DNA of 64,000 bases from Auanema rhodensis. Taxonomy: Eukaryota; Animalia; Nematoda. The notes beneath the pieces were generated by a model that saw nothing but the letters and a program-made list of their open reading frames with translations, ran no database searches and was not told where the DNA came from. The stretch is taken from assembly GCA_964057225.1 (NCBI GenBank), contig OZ059895.1, positions 2,108,001 to 2,172,000 of the forward strand, read 5' to 3'. Made by a program: the position numbers and the translations under genes. This document shows positions 39,061 through 53,500 of the stretch, piece after piece (position 1 is the stretch's first letter; every line of letters begins with the position of its first letter).

Positions 39061-42000
39061 AATGGAATCTAAAAACATCTACTTTTTGCTAAATTATTTT
39101 GAAATTTTTCGAAAAAATTTTTGTCAAAATGTTTTTGGAAGCAATGTTGAGTGTACATGGAAACTCAACATACACTAATGCATCATTTTTCAAACGATCA
39201 TAACTAATTTTTGTATTAAGCTTTTCTCAATGTAGTATAGTGCATTCGATGCGGATTTTTAAGCTGCGTCGATCTGTGTTATCAGATTTGCGCTAGCTTA
39301 AAAATGCACCGAGATATCAACTGATATAAGTTTACACTTATATCCTCGATTTTCACCCTGAAGAATTAATTTTTTCGTTGAATAACATCGTCCATCGTCT
39401 TTGCCTTGAAAAATGGAATCTAAAAACATCTACTTTTTGCTAAATTATTTTGAAATTTTTCGAAAAAATTTTTGTCAAAATGTTTTTGGAAGCAATGTTG
39501 AGTGTACGTGGAAACTCAACATACACTAATGCATCATTTTTCAAACGATCATAACTAATTTTTGTATTAAGCTTTTCTCAATGTAGTATAGTGCATTCGA
39601 TGCGGATTTTTAAGCTGCGTCGATCTGTGTTATCAGATTTGCGCTAGCTTAAAAATGCACCGAGATATCAACTGATATAAGTTTACACTTATATCCTCGA
39701 TTTTCACCCTGAAGAATTAATTTTTTCGTTGAATAACATTGTCCATCGTCTTTGCCTTGAAAAATGGAATCTAAAAACATCTACTTTTTGCTAAATTATT
39801 TCGAAATTTTTCGAAAAAATTTTTGTCAAAATGTTTTTGGAAGCAATGTTGAGTGTACATGGAAACTCAACATACACTAATGCATCATTTTTCAAACGAT
39901 CATAACTAATTTTTGTATTAAGCGTTTCTCAATGTAGTATAGTGCATTCGATGCGGATTTTTAAGCTGCGTCGATCTGTGTTATCAGATTTGCGCTAGCT
40001 TAAAAATGCACCGAGATATCAACTGATATAAGTTCACACTTATATCCTCGATTTTCACCCTGAAGAATTAATTTTTTCGTTGAATAACATCGTCCATCGT
40101 CTTTGCCTTGAAAAATGAAATCTAAAAACATCTACTTTTTGCTAAATTATTTTGAAATTTTTCGAAAAAATTTTTGTCAAAATGTTTTTGGAAGCAATGT
40201 TGAGTGTACATGGAAACTCAACATACACTAATGCATCATTTTTCAAACGATCATAACTAATTTTTGTATTAAGCTTTTCTCAATGTAGTATAGTGCATTC
40301 GATGCGGATTTTTAAGCTGCGTCGATCTGTGTTATCAGATTTGCGCTAGCTTAAAAATGCACCGAGATATCAACTGATATAAGTTTACACTTATATCCTC
40401 GATTTTCACCCTGAAGAATTAATTTTTTCGTTGAATAACATTGTCCATCGTCTTTGCCTTGAAAAATGGAATCTAAAAACATCTACTTTGTGCTAAATTA
40501 TTACGAAATTTTTCGAAAAAATTTTTGTCAAAATGTTTTTGGAAGCAATGTTGAGTGTACATGGAAACTCAACATACACTAATGCATCATTTTCCAAACG
40601 ATCATAACTAATTTTTGTATTAAGCGTTTCTCAATGTAGTATAGTGCATTCGATGCGGATTTTTAAGCTGCGTCGATCTGTGTTATCAGATTTGCGCTAG
40701 CTTAAAAATGCACCGAGATATCAACTGATATAAGTTCACACTTATATCCTCGATTTTCACCCTGAAGAATTAATTTTTTCGTTGAATAACATCGTCCATC
40801 GTCTTTGCCTTAAAAAATGGAATCTAAAAACATCTACTTTTTGCTAAATTATTTTGAAATTTTTCGAAAAAATTTTTGTCAAAATGTTTTTGGAAGCAAT
40901 GTTGAGTGTACATGGAAACTCAACATACACTAATGCATCATTTTTCAAACGATCATAACTAATTTTTGTATTAAGCTTTTCTCAATGTAGTATAGTGCAT
41001 TCGATGCGGATTTTTAAGCTGCGTCGATCTGTGTTATCAGATTTGCGCTAGCTTAAAAATGCACCGAGATATCAACTGATATAAGTTTACACTTATATCC
41101 TCGATTTTCACCCTGAAGAATTAATTTTTTCGTTGAATAACATTGTCCATCGTCTTTGCCTTGAAAAATGGAATCTAAAAACATCTACTTTTTGCTAAAT
41201 TATTTCGAAATTTTTCGAAAAAATTTTTGTCAAAATGTTTTTGGAAGCAATGTTGAGTGTACATGGAAACTCAACATACACTAATGCATCATTTTTCAAA
41301 CGATCATAACTAATTTTTGTATTAAGCGTTTCTCAATGTAGTATAGTGCATTCGATGCGGATTTTTAAGCTGCGTCGATCTGTGTTATCAGATTTGCGCT
41401 AGCTTAAAAATGCACCGAGATATCAACTGATATAAGTTCACACTTATATCCTCGATTTTCACCCTGAAGAATTAATTTTTTCGTTGAATAACATCGTCCA
41501 TCGTTTTTGCCTTGAAAAATGGAATCTAAAAACATCTACTTTTTGCTAAATTATTTTGAAATTTTTCGAAAAAATTTTTGTCAAAATGTTTTTGGAAGCA
41601 ATGTTGAGTGTACATGGAAACTCAACATACACTAATGCATCATTTTTCAAACGATCATAACTAATTTTTGTATTAAGCTTTTCTCAATGTAGTATAGTGC
41701 ATTCGATGCGGATTTTTAAGCTGCGTCGATCTGTGTTATCAGATTTGCGCTAGCTTAAAAATGCACCGAGATATCAACTGATATAAGTTTACACTTATAT
41801 CCTCGATTTTCACCCTGAAGAATTAATTTTTTCGTTGAATAACATCGTCCATCGTCTTTGCCTTGAAAAATGGAATCTAAAAACATCTACTTTTTGCTAA
41901 ATTATTTTGAAATTTTTCGAAAAAATTTTTGTCAAAATGTTTTTGGAAGCAATGTTGAGTGTACATGAAAACTCAACATACACTAATGCATCATTTTTCA

Positions 42001-45000
42001 AACGATCATAACTAATTTTTGTATTAAGCTTTTCTCAATGTAGTATAGTGCATTCGATGCGGATTTTTAAGCTGCGTCGATCTGTGTTATCAGATTTGCG
42101 CTAGCTTAAAAATGCACCGAGATATCAACTGATATAAGTTCACACTTATATTCTTGATTTTCACCCTGAAGAATTAATTTTTTCGTTGAATAACATTGTC
42201 CATCGTCTTTGCCTTGAAAAATGGAATCTAAAAACATCTACTTTTTGCTAAATTATTTTGAAATTTTTCGAAAAAATTTTTGTCAAAATGTTTTTGGAAG
42301 CAATGTTGAGTGTACATGGAAACTCAACATACACTAATGCATCATTTTTCAAACGATCATAACTAATTTTTGTATTAAGCTTTTCTCAATGTAGTATAGT
42401 GCATTCGATGCGGATTTTTAAGCTGCGTCGATCTGTGTTATCAGATTTGCGCTAGCTTAAAAATGCACCGAGATATCAACTGATATAAGTTCACACTTAT
42501 ATCCTCGATTTTCACCCTGAAGAATTAATTTTTTCGTTGAATAACATCGTCCATCGTCTTTGCCTTGAAAAATGGAATCTAAAAACATCTACTTTTTGCT
42601 AAATTATTTTGAAATTTTTCGAAAAAATTTTTGTCAAAATGTTTTTGGAAGCAATGTTGAGTGTACATGGAAACTCAACATACACTAATGCATCATTTTT
42701 CAAACGATCATAACTAATTTTTGTATTAAGCTTTTCTCAATGTAGTATAGTGCATTCGATGCGGATTTTTAAGCTGCGTCGATCTGTGTTATCAGATTTG
42801 CGCTAGCTTAAAAATGCACCGAGATATCAACTGATATAAGTTCACACTTATATCCTCGATTTTCACCCTGAAGAATTAATTTTTTCGTTGAATAACATTG
42901 TCCATCGTCTTTGCCTTGAAAAATGGAATCTAAAAACATCTACTTTTTGCTAAATTATTTTGAAATTTTTCGAAAAAATTTTTGTCAAAATGTTTTTGGA
43001 AGCAATGTTGAGTGTACATGGAAACTCAACATACACTAATGCATCATTTTTCAAACGATCATAACTAATTTTTGTATTAAGCTTTTCTCAATGTAGTATA
43101 GTGCATTCGATGCGGATTTTTAAGCTGCGTCGATCTGTGTTATCAGATTTGCGCTAGCTTAAAAATGCACCGAGATATCAACTGATATAAGTTCACACTT
43201 ATATTCTTGATTTTCACCCTGAAGAATTAATTTTTTCGTTGAATAACATTGTCCATCGTCTTTGCCTTGAAAAATGGAATCTAAAAACATCTACTTTTTG
43301 CTAAATTATTTTGAAAGTTTTCGAAAAAATTTTTGTCAAAATGTTTTTGGAAGCAATGTTGAGTGTACATGAAAACTCAACATACACTAATGCATCATTT
43401 TTCAAACGATTATAACTAATTTTTGTATTAAGCTTTTCTCAATGTAGTATAGTGCATTCGATGCGGATTTTTAAGCTGCGTCGATCTGTGTTATCAGATT
43501 TGCGCTAGCTTAAAAATGCACCGAGATATCAACTGATATAAGTTCACACTTATATTCTTGATTTTCACCCTGAAGAATTAATTTTTTCGTTGAATAACAT
43601 TGTCCATCGTCTTTGCCTTGAAAAATGGAATCTAAAAACATCTACTTTTTGCTAAATTATTTTGAAATTTTTCGAAAAAATTTTTGTCAAAATGTTTTTG
43701 GAAGCAATGTTGAGTGTACATGAAAACTCAACATACACTAATGCATCATTTTTCAAACGATTATAACTAATTTTTGTATTAAGCTTTTCTCAATGTAGTA
43801 TAGTGCATTCGATGCGGATTTTTAAGCTGCGTCGATCTGTGTTATCAGATTTGCGCTAGCTTAAAAATGCACCGAGATATCAACTGATATAAGTTCACAC
43901 TTATATTCTTGATTTTCACCCTGAAGAATTAATTTTTTCGTTGAATAACATTGTCCATCGTCTTTGCCTTGAAAAATGGAATCTAAAAACATCTACTTTT
44001 TGCTAAATTATTTTGAAATTTTTCGAAAAAATTTTTGTCAAAATGTTTTTGGAAGCAATGTTGAGTGTACATGGAAACTCAACATACACTAATGCATCAT
44101 TTTTCAAACGATCATAACTAATTTTTGTATTAAGCTTTTCTCAATGTAGTATAGTGCATTCGATGCGGATTTTTAAGCTGCGTCGATCTGTGTTATCAGA
44201 TTTGCGCTAGCTTAAAAATGCACCGAGATATCAACTGATATAAGTTTACACTTATATCCTCGATTTTCACCCTGAAGAATTAATTTTTTCGTTGAATAAC
44301 ATCGTCCATCGTCTTTGCCTTGAAAAATGGAATCTAAAAACATCTACTTTTTGCTAAATTATTTTGAAATTTTTCGAAAAAATTTTTGTCAAAATGTTTT
44401 TGGAAGCAATGTTGAGTGTACGTGGAAACTCAACATACACTAATGCATCATTTTTCAAACGATCATAACTAATTTTTGTATTAAGCTTTTCTCAATGTAG
44501 TATAGTGCATTCGATGCGGATTTTTAAGCTGCGTCGATCTGTGTTATCAGATTTGCGCTAGCTTAAAAATGCACCGAGATATCAACTGATATAAGTTTAC
44601 ACTTATATCCTCGATTTTCACCCTGAAGAATTAATTTTTTCGTTGAATAACATCGTCCATCGTCTTTGCCTTGAAAAATGGAATCTAAAAACATCTACTT
44701 TTTGCTAAATTATTTTGAAATTTTTCGAAAAAATTTTTGTCAAAATGTTTTTGGAAGCAATGTTGAGTGTACATGAAAACTCAACATACACTAATGCATC
44801 ATTTTTCAAACGATTATAACTAATTTTTGTATTAAGCTTTTCTCAATGTAGTATAGTGCATTCGATGCCGATTTTTAAGCTGCGTCGATCTGTGTTATCA
44901 GATTTGCGCTAGCTTAAAAATGCACCGAGATATCAACTGATATAAGTTCACACTTATATTCTTGATTTTCACCCTGAAGAATTAATTTTTTCGTTGAATA

Positions 45001-48000
45001 ACATTGTCCATCGTCTTTGCCTTGAAAAATGGAATCTAAAAACATCTACTTTTTGCTAAATTATTTTAAAATTTTTCGAAAAAATTTTTGTCAAAATGTT
45101 TTTGGAAGCAATGTTGAGTGTACATGAAAACTCAACATACACTAATGCATCATTTTTCAAACGATTATAACTAATTTTTGTATTAAGCTTTTCTCAATGT
45201 AGTATAGTGCATTCGATGCGGATTTTTAAGCTGCGTCGATCTGTGTTATCAGATTTGCGCTAGCTTAAAAATGCACCGAGATATCAACTGATATAAGTTC
45301 ACACTTATATTCTTGATTTTCACCCTGAAGAATTAATTTTTTCGTTGAATAACATTGTCCATCGTCTTTGCCTTGAAAAATGGAATCTAAAAACATCTAC
45401 TTTTTGCTAAATTATTTTGAAATTTTTCGAAAAAATTTTTGTCAAAATGTTTTTGGAAGCAATGTTGAGTGTACATGAAAACTCAACATACACTAATGCA
45501 TCATTTTTCAAACGATTATAACTAATTTTTGTATTAAGCTTTTCTCAATGTAGTATAGTGCATTCGATGCGGATTTTTAAGCTGCGTCGATCTGTGTTAT
45601 CAGATTTGCGCTAGCTTAAAAATGCACCGAGATATCAACTGATATAAGTTCACACTTATATTCTTGATTTTCACCCTGAAGAATTAATTTTTTCGTTGAA
45701 TAACATTGTCCATCGTCTTTGCCTTGAAAAATGGAATCTAAAAACATCTACTTTTTGCTAAATTATTTTGAAATTTTTCGAAAAAATTTTTGTCAAAATG
45801 TTTTTGGAAGCAATGTTGAGTGTACATGAAAACTCAACATACACTAATGCATCATTTTTCAAACGATTATAACTAATTTTTGTATTAAGCTTTTCTCAAT
45901 GTAGTATAGTGCATTCGATGCGGATTTTTAAGCTGCGTCGATCTGTGTTATCAGATTTGCGCTAGCTTAAAAATGCACCGAGATATCAACTGATATAAGT
46001 TCACACTTATATTCTTGATTTTCACCCTGAAGAATTAATTTTTTCGTTGAATAACATTGTCCATCGTCTTTGCCTTGAAAAATGGAATCTAAAAACATCT
46101 ACTTTTTGCTAAATTATTTTGAAATTTTTCGAAAAAATTTTTGTCAAAATGTTTTTGGAAGCAATGTTGAGTGTACATGGAAACTCAACATACACTAATG
46201 CATCATTTTTCAAACGATCATAACTAATTTTTGTATTAAGCTTTTCTCAATGTAGTATAGTGCATTCGATGCGGATTTTTAAGCTGCGTCGATCTGTGTT
46301 ATCAGATTTGCGCTAGCTTAAAAATGCACCGAGATATCAACTGATATAAGTTCACACTTATATCCTCGATTTTCACCCTGAAGAATTAATTTTTTCGTTG
46401 AATAACATCGTCCATCGTCTTTGCCTTGAAAAATGGAATCTAAAAACATCTACTTTTTGCTAAATTATTTTGAAATTTTTCGAAAAAATTTTTGTCAAAA
46501 TGTTTTTGGAAGCAATGTTGAGTGTACATGGAAACTCAACATACACTAATGCATCATTTTTCAAACGATCATAACTAATTTTTGTATTAAGCTTTTCTCA
46601 ATGTAGTATAGTGCATTCGATGCGGATTTTTAAGCTGCGTCGATCTGTGTTATCAGATTTGCGCTAGCTTAAAAATGCACCGAGATATCAACTGATATAA
46701 GTTCACACTTATATCCTCGATTTTCACCCTGAAGAATTAATTTTTTCGTTGAATAACATTGTCCATCGTCTTTGCCTTGAAAAATGGAATCTAAAAACAT
46801 CTACTTTTTGCTAAATTATTTTGAAATTTTTCGAAAAAATTTTTGTCAAAATGTTTTTGGAAGCAATGTTGAGTGTACATGGAAACTCAACATACACTAA
46901 TGCATCATTTTTCAAACGATCATAACTAATTTTTGTATTAAGCTTTTCTCAATGTAGTATAGTGCATTCGATGCGGATTTTTAAGCTGCGTCGATCTGTG
47001 TTATCAGATTTGCGCTAGCTTAAAAATGCACCGAGATATCAACTGATATAAGTTCACACTTATATTCTTGATTTTCACCCTGAAGAATTAATTTTTTCGT
47101 TGAATAACATTGTCCATCGTCTTTGCCTTGAAAAATGGAATCTAAAAACATCTACTTTTTGCTAAATTATTTTGAAAGTTTTCGAAAAAATTTTTGTCAA
47201 AATGTTTTTGGAAGCAATGTTGAGTGTACATGAAAACTCAACATACACTAATGCATCATTTTTCAAACGATTATAACTAATTTTTGTATTAAGCTTTTCT
47301 CAATGTAGTATAGTGCATTCGATGCGGATTTTTAAGCTGCGTCGATCTGTGTTATCAGATTTGCGCTAGCTTAAAAATGCACCGAGATATCAACTGATAT
47401 AAGTTCACACTTATATTCTTGATTTTCACCCTGAAGAATTAATTTTTTCGTTGAATAACATTGTCCATCGTCTTTGCCTTGAAAAATGGAATCTAAAAAC
47501 ATCTACTTTTTGCTAAATTATTTTGAAATTTTTCGAAAAAATTTTTGTCAAAATGTTTTTGGAAGCAATGTTGAGTGTACATGAAAACTCAACATACACT
47601 AATGCATCATTTTTCAAACGATTATAACTAATTTTTGTATTAAGCTTTTCTCAATGTAGTATAGTGCATTCGATGCGGATTTTTAAGCTGCGTCGATCTG
47701 TGTTATCAGATTTGCGCTAGCTTAAAAATGCACCGAGATATCAACTGATATAAGTTCACACTTATATTCTTGATTTTCACCCTGAAGAATTAATTTTTTC
47801 GTTGAATAACATTGTCCATCGTCTTTGCCTTGAAAAATGGAATCTAAAAACATCTACTTTTTGCTAAATTATTTTGAAATTTTTCGAAAAAATTTTTGTC
47901 AAAATGTTTTTGGAAGCAATGTTGAGTGTACATGGAAACTCAACATACACTAATGCATCATTTTTCAAACGATCATAACTAATTTTTGTATTAAGCTTTT

Positions 48001-48478
48001 CTCAATGTAGTATAGTGCATTCGATGCGGATTTTTAAGCTGCGTCGATCTGTGTTATCAGATTTGCGCTAGCTTAAAAATGCACCGAGATATCAACTGAT
48101 ATAAGTTCACACTTATATCCTCGATTTTCACCCTGAAGAATTAATTTTTTCGTTGAATAACATCGTCCATCGTCTTTGCCTTGAAAAATGGAATCTAAAA
48201 ACATCTACTTTTTGCTAAATTATTTTGAAATTTTTCGAAAAAATTTTTGTCAAAATGTTTTTGGAAGCAATGTTGAGTGTACATGGAAACTCAACATACA
48301 CTAATGCATCATTTTTCAAACGATCATAACTAATTTTTGTATTAAGCTTTTCTCAATGTAGTATAGTGCATTCGATGCGGATTTTTAAGCTGCGTCGATC
48401 TGTGTTATCAGATTTGCGCTAGCTTAAAAATGCACCGAGATATCAACTGATATAAGTTTACACTTATATCCTCGATTT

Positions 48479-50584
48479 TCACCCTGAAGAATTAATTTTT
48501 TCGTTGAATAACATCGTCCATCGTCTTTGCCTTGAAAAATGGAATCTAAAAACATCTACTTTTTGCTAAATTATTTTAAAATTTTTCGAAAAAATTTTTG
48601 TCAAAATGTTTTTGGAAGCAATGTTGAGTGTACATGAAAACTCAACATACACTAATGCATCATTTTTCAAACGATTATAACTAATTTTTGTATTAAGCTT
48701 TTCTCAATGTAGTATAGTGCATTCGATGCGGATTTTTAAGCTGCGTCGATCTGTGTTATCAGATTTGCGCTAGCTTAAAAATGCACCGAGATATCAACTG
48801 ATATAAGTTCACACTTATATTCTTGATTTTCACCCTGAAGAATTAATTTTTTCGTTGAATAACATTGTCCATCGTCTTTGCCTTGAAAAATGGAATCTAA
48901 AAACATCTACTTTTTGCTAAATTATTTTGAAATTTTTCGAAAAAATTTTTGTCAAAATGTTTTTGGAAGCAATGTTGAGTGTACATGAAAACTCAACATA
49001 CACTAATGCATCATTTTTCAAACGATTATAACTAATTTTTGTATTAAGCTTTTCTCAATGTAGTATAGTGCATTCGATGCGGATTTTTAAGCTGCGTCGA
49101 TCTGTGTTATCAGATTTGCGCTAGCTTAAAAATGCACCGAGATATCAACTGATATAAGTTCACACTTATATTCTTGATTTTCACCCTGAAGAATTAATTT
49201 TTTCGTTGAATAACATTGTCCATCGTCTTTGCCTTGAAAAATGGAATCTAAAAACATCTACTTTTTGCTAAATTATTTTGAAATTTTTCGAAAAAATTTT
49301 TGTCAAAATGTTTTTGGAAGCAATGTTGAGTGTACATGAAAACTCAACATACACTAATGCATCATTTTTCAAACGATTATAACTAATTTTTGTATTAAGC
49401 TTTTCTCAATGTAGTATAGTGCATTCGATGCGGATTTTTAAGCTGCGTCGATCTGTGTTATCAGATTTGCGCTAGCTTAAAAATGCACCGAGATATCAAC
49501 TGATATAAGTTTACACTTATATCCTCGATTTTCACCCTGAAGAATTAATTTTTTCGTTGAATAACATCGTCCATCGTCTTTGCCTTGAAAAATGGAATCT
49601 AAAAACATCTACTTTTTGCTAAATTATTTTAAAATTTTTCGAAAAAATTTTTGTCAAAATGTTTTTGGAAGCAATGTTGAGTGTACATGAAAACTCAACA
49701 TACACTAATGCATCATTTTTCAAACGATTATAACTAATTTTTGTATTAAGCTTTTCTCAATGTAGTATAGTGCATTCGATGCGGATTTTTAAGCTGCGTC
49801 GATCTGTGTTATCAGATTTGCGCTAGCTTAAAAATGCACCGAGATATCAACTGATATAAGTTCACACTTATATTCTTGATTTTCACCCTGAAGAATTAAT
49901 TTTTTCGTTGAATAACATTGTCCATCGTCTTTGCCTTGAAAAATGGAATCTAAAAACATCTACTTTTTGCTAAATTATTTTGAAATTTTTCGAAAAAATT
50001 TTTGTCAAAATGTTTTTGGAAGCAATGTTGAGTGTACATGAAAACTCAACATACACTAATGCATCATTTTTCAAACGATTATAACTAATTTTTGTATTAA
50101 GCTTTTCTCAATGTAGTATAGTGCATTCGATGCGGATTTTTAAGCTGCGTCGATCTGTGTTATCAGATTTGCGCTAGCTTAAAAATGCACCGAGATATCA
50201 ACTGATATAAGTTCACACTTATATTCTTGATTTTCACCCTGAAGAATTAATTTTTTCGTTGAATAACATTGTCCATCGTCTTTGCCTTGAAAAATGGAAT
50301 CTAAAAACATCTACTTTTTGCTAAATTATTTTGAAATTTTTCGAAAAAATTTTTGTCAAAATGTTTTTGGAAGCAATGTTGAGTGTACATGAAAACTCAA
50401 CATACACTAATGCATCATTTTTCAAACGATTATAACTAATTTTTGTATTAAGCTTTTCTCAATGTAGTATAGTGCATTCGATGCGGATTTTTAAGCTGCG
50501 TCGATCTGTGTTATCAGATTTGCGCTAGCTTAAAAATGCACCGAGATATCAACTGATATAAGTTCACACTTATATTCTTGATTT
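48479..50584. repeat. 3-monomer tandem duplication (1053 bp) x2
   Basis: Monomers combining CATCGT and TATTTTAAAA occur only at 48479 and 49532, each followed by two ATGAAA/GATTAT monomers. Confidence 0.82.
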
Positions 50585-53500
50585 TCACCCTGAAGAATTA
50601 ATTTTTTCGTTGAATAACATTGTCCATCGTCTTTGCCTTGAAAAATGGAATCTAAAAACATCTACTTTTTGCTAAATTATTTTGAAATTTTTCGAAAAAA
50701 TTTTTGTCAAAATGTTTTTGGAAGCAATGTTGAGTGTACATGGAAACTCAACATACACTAATGCATCATTTTTCAAACGATCATAACTAATTTTTGTATT
50801 AAGCTTTTCTCAATGTAGTATAGTGCATTCGATGCGGATTTTTAAGCTGCGTCGATCTGTGTTATCAGATTTGCGCTAGCTTAAAAATGCACCGAGATAT
50901 CAACTGATATAAGTTCACACTTATATCCTCGATTTTCACCCTGAAGAATTAATTTTTTCGTTGAATAACATCGTCCATCGTCTTTGCCTTGAAAAATGGA
51001 ATCTAAAAACATCTACTTTTTGCTAAATTATTTTGAAATTTTTCGAAAAAATTTTTGTCAAAATGTTTTTGGAAGCAATGTTGAGTGTACATGGAAACTC
51101 AACATACACTAATGCATCATTTTTCAAACGATCATAACTAATTTTTGTATTAAGCTTTTCTCAATGTAGTATAGTGCATTCGATGCGGATTTTTAAGCTG
51201 CGTCGATCTGTGTTATCAGATTTGCGCTAGCTTAAAAATGCACCGAGATATCAACTGATATAAGTTCACACTTATATCCTCGATTTTCACCCTGAAGAAT
51301 TAATTTTTTCGTTGAATAACATTGTCCATCGTCTTTGCCTTGAAAAATGGAATCTAAAAACATCTACTTTTTGCTAAATTATTTTGAAATTTTTCGAAAA
51401 AATTTTTGTCAAAATGTTTTTGGAAGCAATGTTGAGTGTACATGGAAACTCAACATACACTAATGCATCATTTTTCAAACGATCATAACTAATTTTTGTA
51501 TTAAGCTTTTCTCAATGTAGTATAGTGCATTCGATGCGGATTTTTAAGCTGCGTCGATCTGTGTTATCAGATTTGCGCTAGCTTAAAAATGCACCGAGAT
51601 ATCAACTGATATAAGTTCACACTTATATTCTTGATTTTCACCCTGAAGAATTAATTTTTTCGTTGAATAACATTGTCCATCGTCTTTGCCTTGAAAAATG
51701 GAATCTAAAAACATCTACTTTTTGCTAAATTATTTTGAAAGTTTTCGAAAAAATTTTTGTCAAAATGTTTTTGGAAGCAATGTTGAGTGTACATGAAAAC
51801 TCAACATACACTAATGCATCATTTTTCAAACGATTATAACTAATTTTTGTATTAAGCTTTTCTCAATGTAGTATAGTGCATTCGATGCGGATTTTTAAGC
51901 TGCGTCGATCTGTGTTATCAGATTTGCGCTAGCTTAAAAATGCACCGAGATATCAACTGATATAAGTTCACACTTATATTCTTGATTTTCACCCTGAAGA
52001 ATTAATTTTTTCGTTGAATAACATTGTCCATCGTCTTTGCCTTGAAAAATGGAATCTAAAAACATCTACTTTTTGCTAAATTATTTTGAAATTTTTCGAA
52101 AAAATTTTTGTCAAAATGTTTTTGGAAGCAATGTTGAGTGTACATGAAAACTCAACATACACTAATGCATCATTTTTCAAACGATTATAACTAATTTTTG
52201 TATTAAGCTTTTCTCAATGTAGTATAGTGCATTCGATGCGGATTTTTAAGCTGCGTCGATCTGTGTTATCAGATTTGCGCTAGCTTAAAAATGCACCGAG
52301 ATATCAACTGATATAAGTTCACACTTATATTCTTGATTTTCACCCTGAAGAATTAATTTTTTCGTTGAATAACATTGTCCATCGTCTTTGCCTTGAAAAA
52401 TGGAATCTAAAAACATCTACTTTTTGCTAAATTATTTTGAAATTTTTCGAAAAAATTTTTGTCAAAATGTTTTTGGAAGCAATGTTGAGTGTACATGGAA
52501 ACTCAACATACACTAATGCATCATTTTTCAAACGATCATAACTAATTTTTGTATTAAGCTTTTCTCAATGTAGTATAGTGCATTCGATGCGGATTTTTAA
52601 GCTGCGTCGATCTGTGTTATCAGATTTGCGCTAGCTTAAAAATGCACCGAGATATCAACTGATATAAGTTCACACTTATATCCTCGATTTTCACCCTGAA
52701 GAATTAATTTTTTCGTTGAATAACATCGTCCATCGTCTTTGCCTTGAAAAATGGAATCTAAAAACATCTACTTTTTGCTAAATTATTTTGAAATTTTTCG
52801 AAAAAATTTTTGTCAAAATGTTTTTGGAAGCAATGTTGAGTGTACATGGAAACTCAACATACACTAATGCATCATTTTTCAAACGATCATAACTAATTTT
52901 TGTATTAAGCTTTTCTCAATGTAGTATAGTGCATTCGATGCGGATTTTTAAGCTGCGTCGATCTGTGTTATCAGATTTGCGCTAGCTTAAAAATGCACCG
53001 AGATATCAACTGATATAAGTTTACACTTATATCCTCGATTTTCACCCTGAAGAATTAATTTTTTCGTTGAATAACATCGTCCATCGTCTTTGCCTTGAAA
53101 AATGGAATCTAAAAACATCTACTTTTTGCTAAATTATTTTGAAATTTTTCGAAAAAATTTTTGTCAAAATGTTTTTGGAAGCAATGTTGAGTGTACGTGG
53201 AAACTCAACATACACTAATGCATCATTTTTCAAACGATCATAACTAATTTTTGTATTAAGCTTTTCTCAATGTAGTATAGTGCATTCGTTGCGGATTTTT
53301 AAGCTGCGTCGATCTGTGTTATCAGATTTGCGCTAGCTTAAAAATGCACCGAGATATCAACTGATATAAGTTTACACTTATATCCTCGATTTTCACCCTG
53401 AAGAATTAATTTTTTCGTTGAATAACATCGTCCATCGTCTTTGCCTTGAAAAATGGAATCTAAAAACATCTACTTTTTGCTAAATTATTTTGAAATTTTT

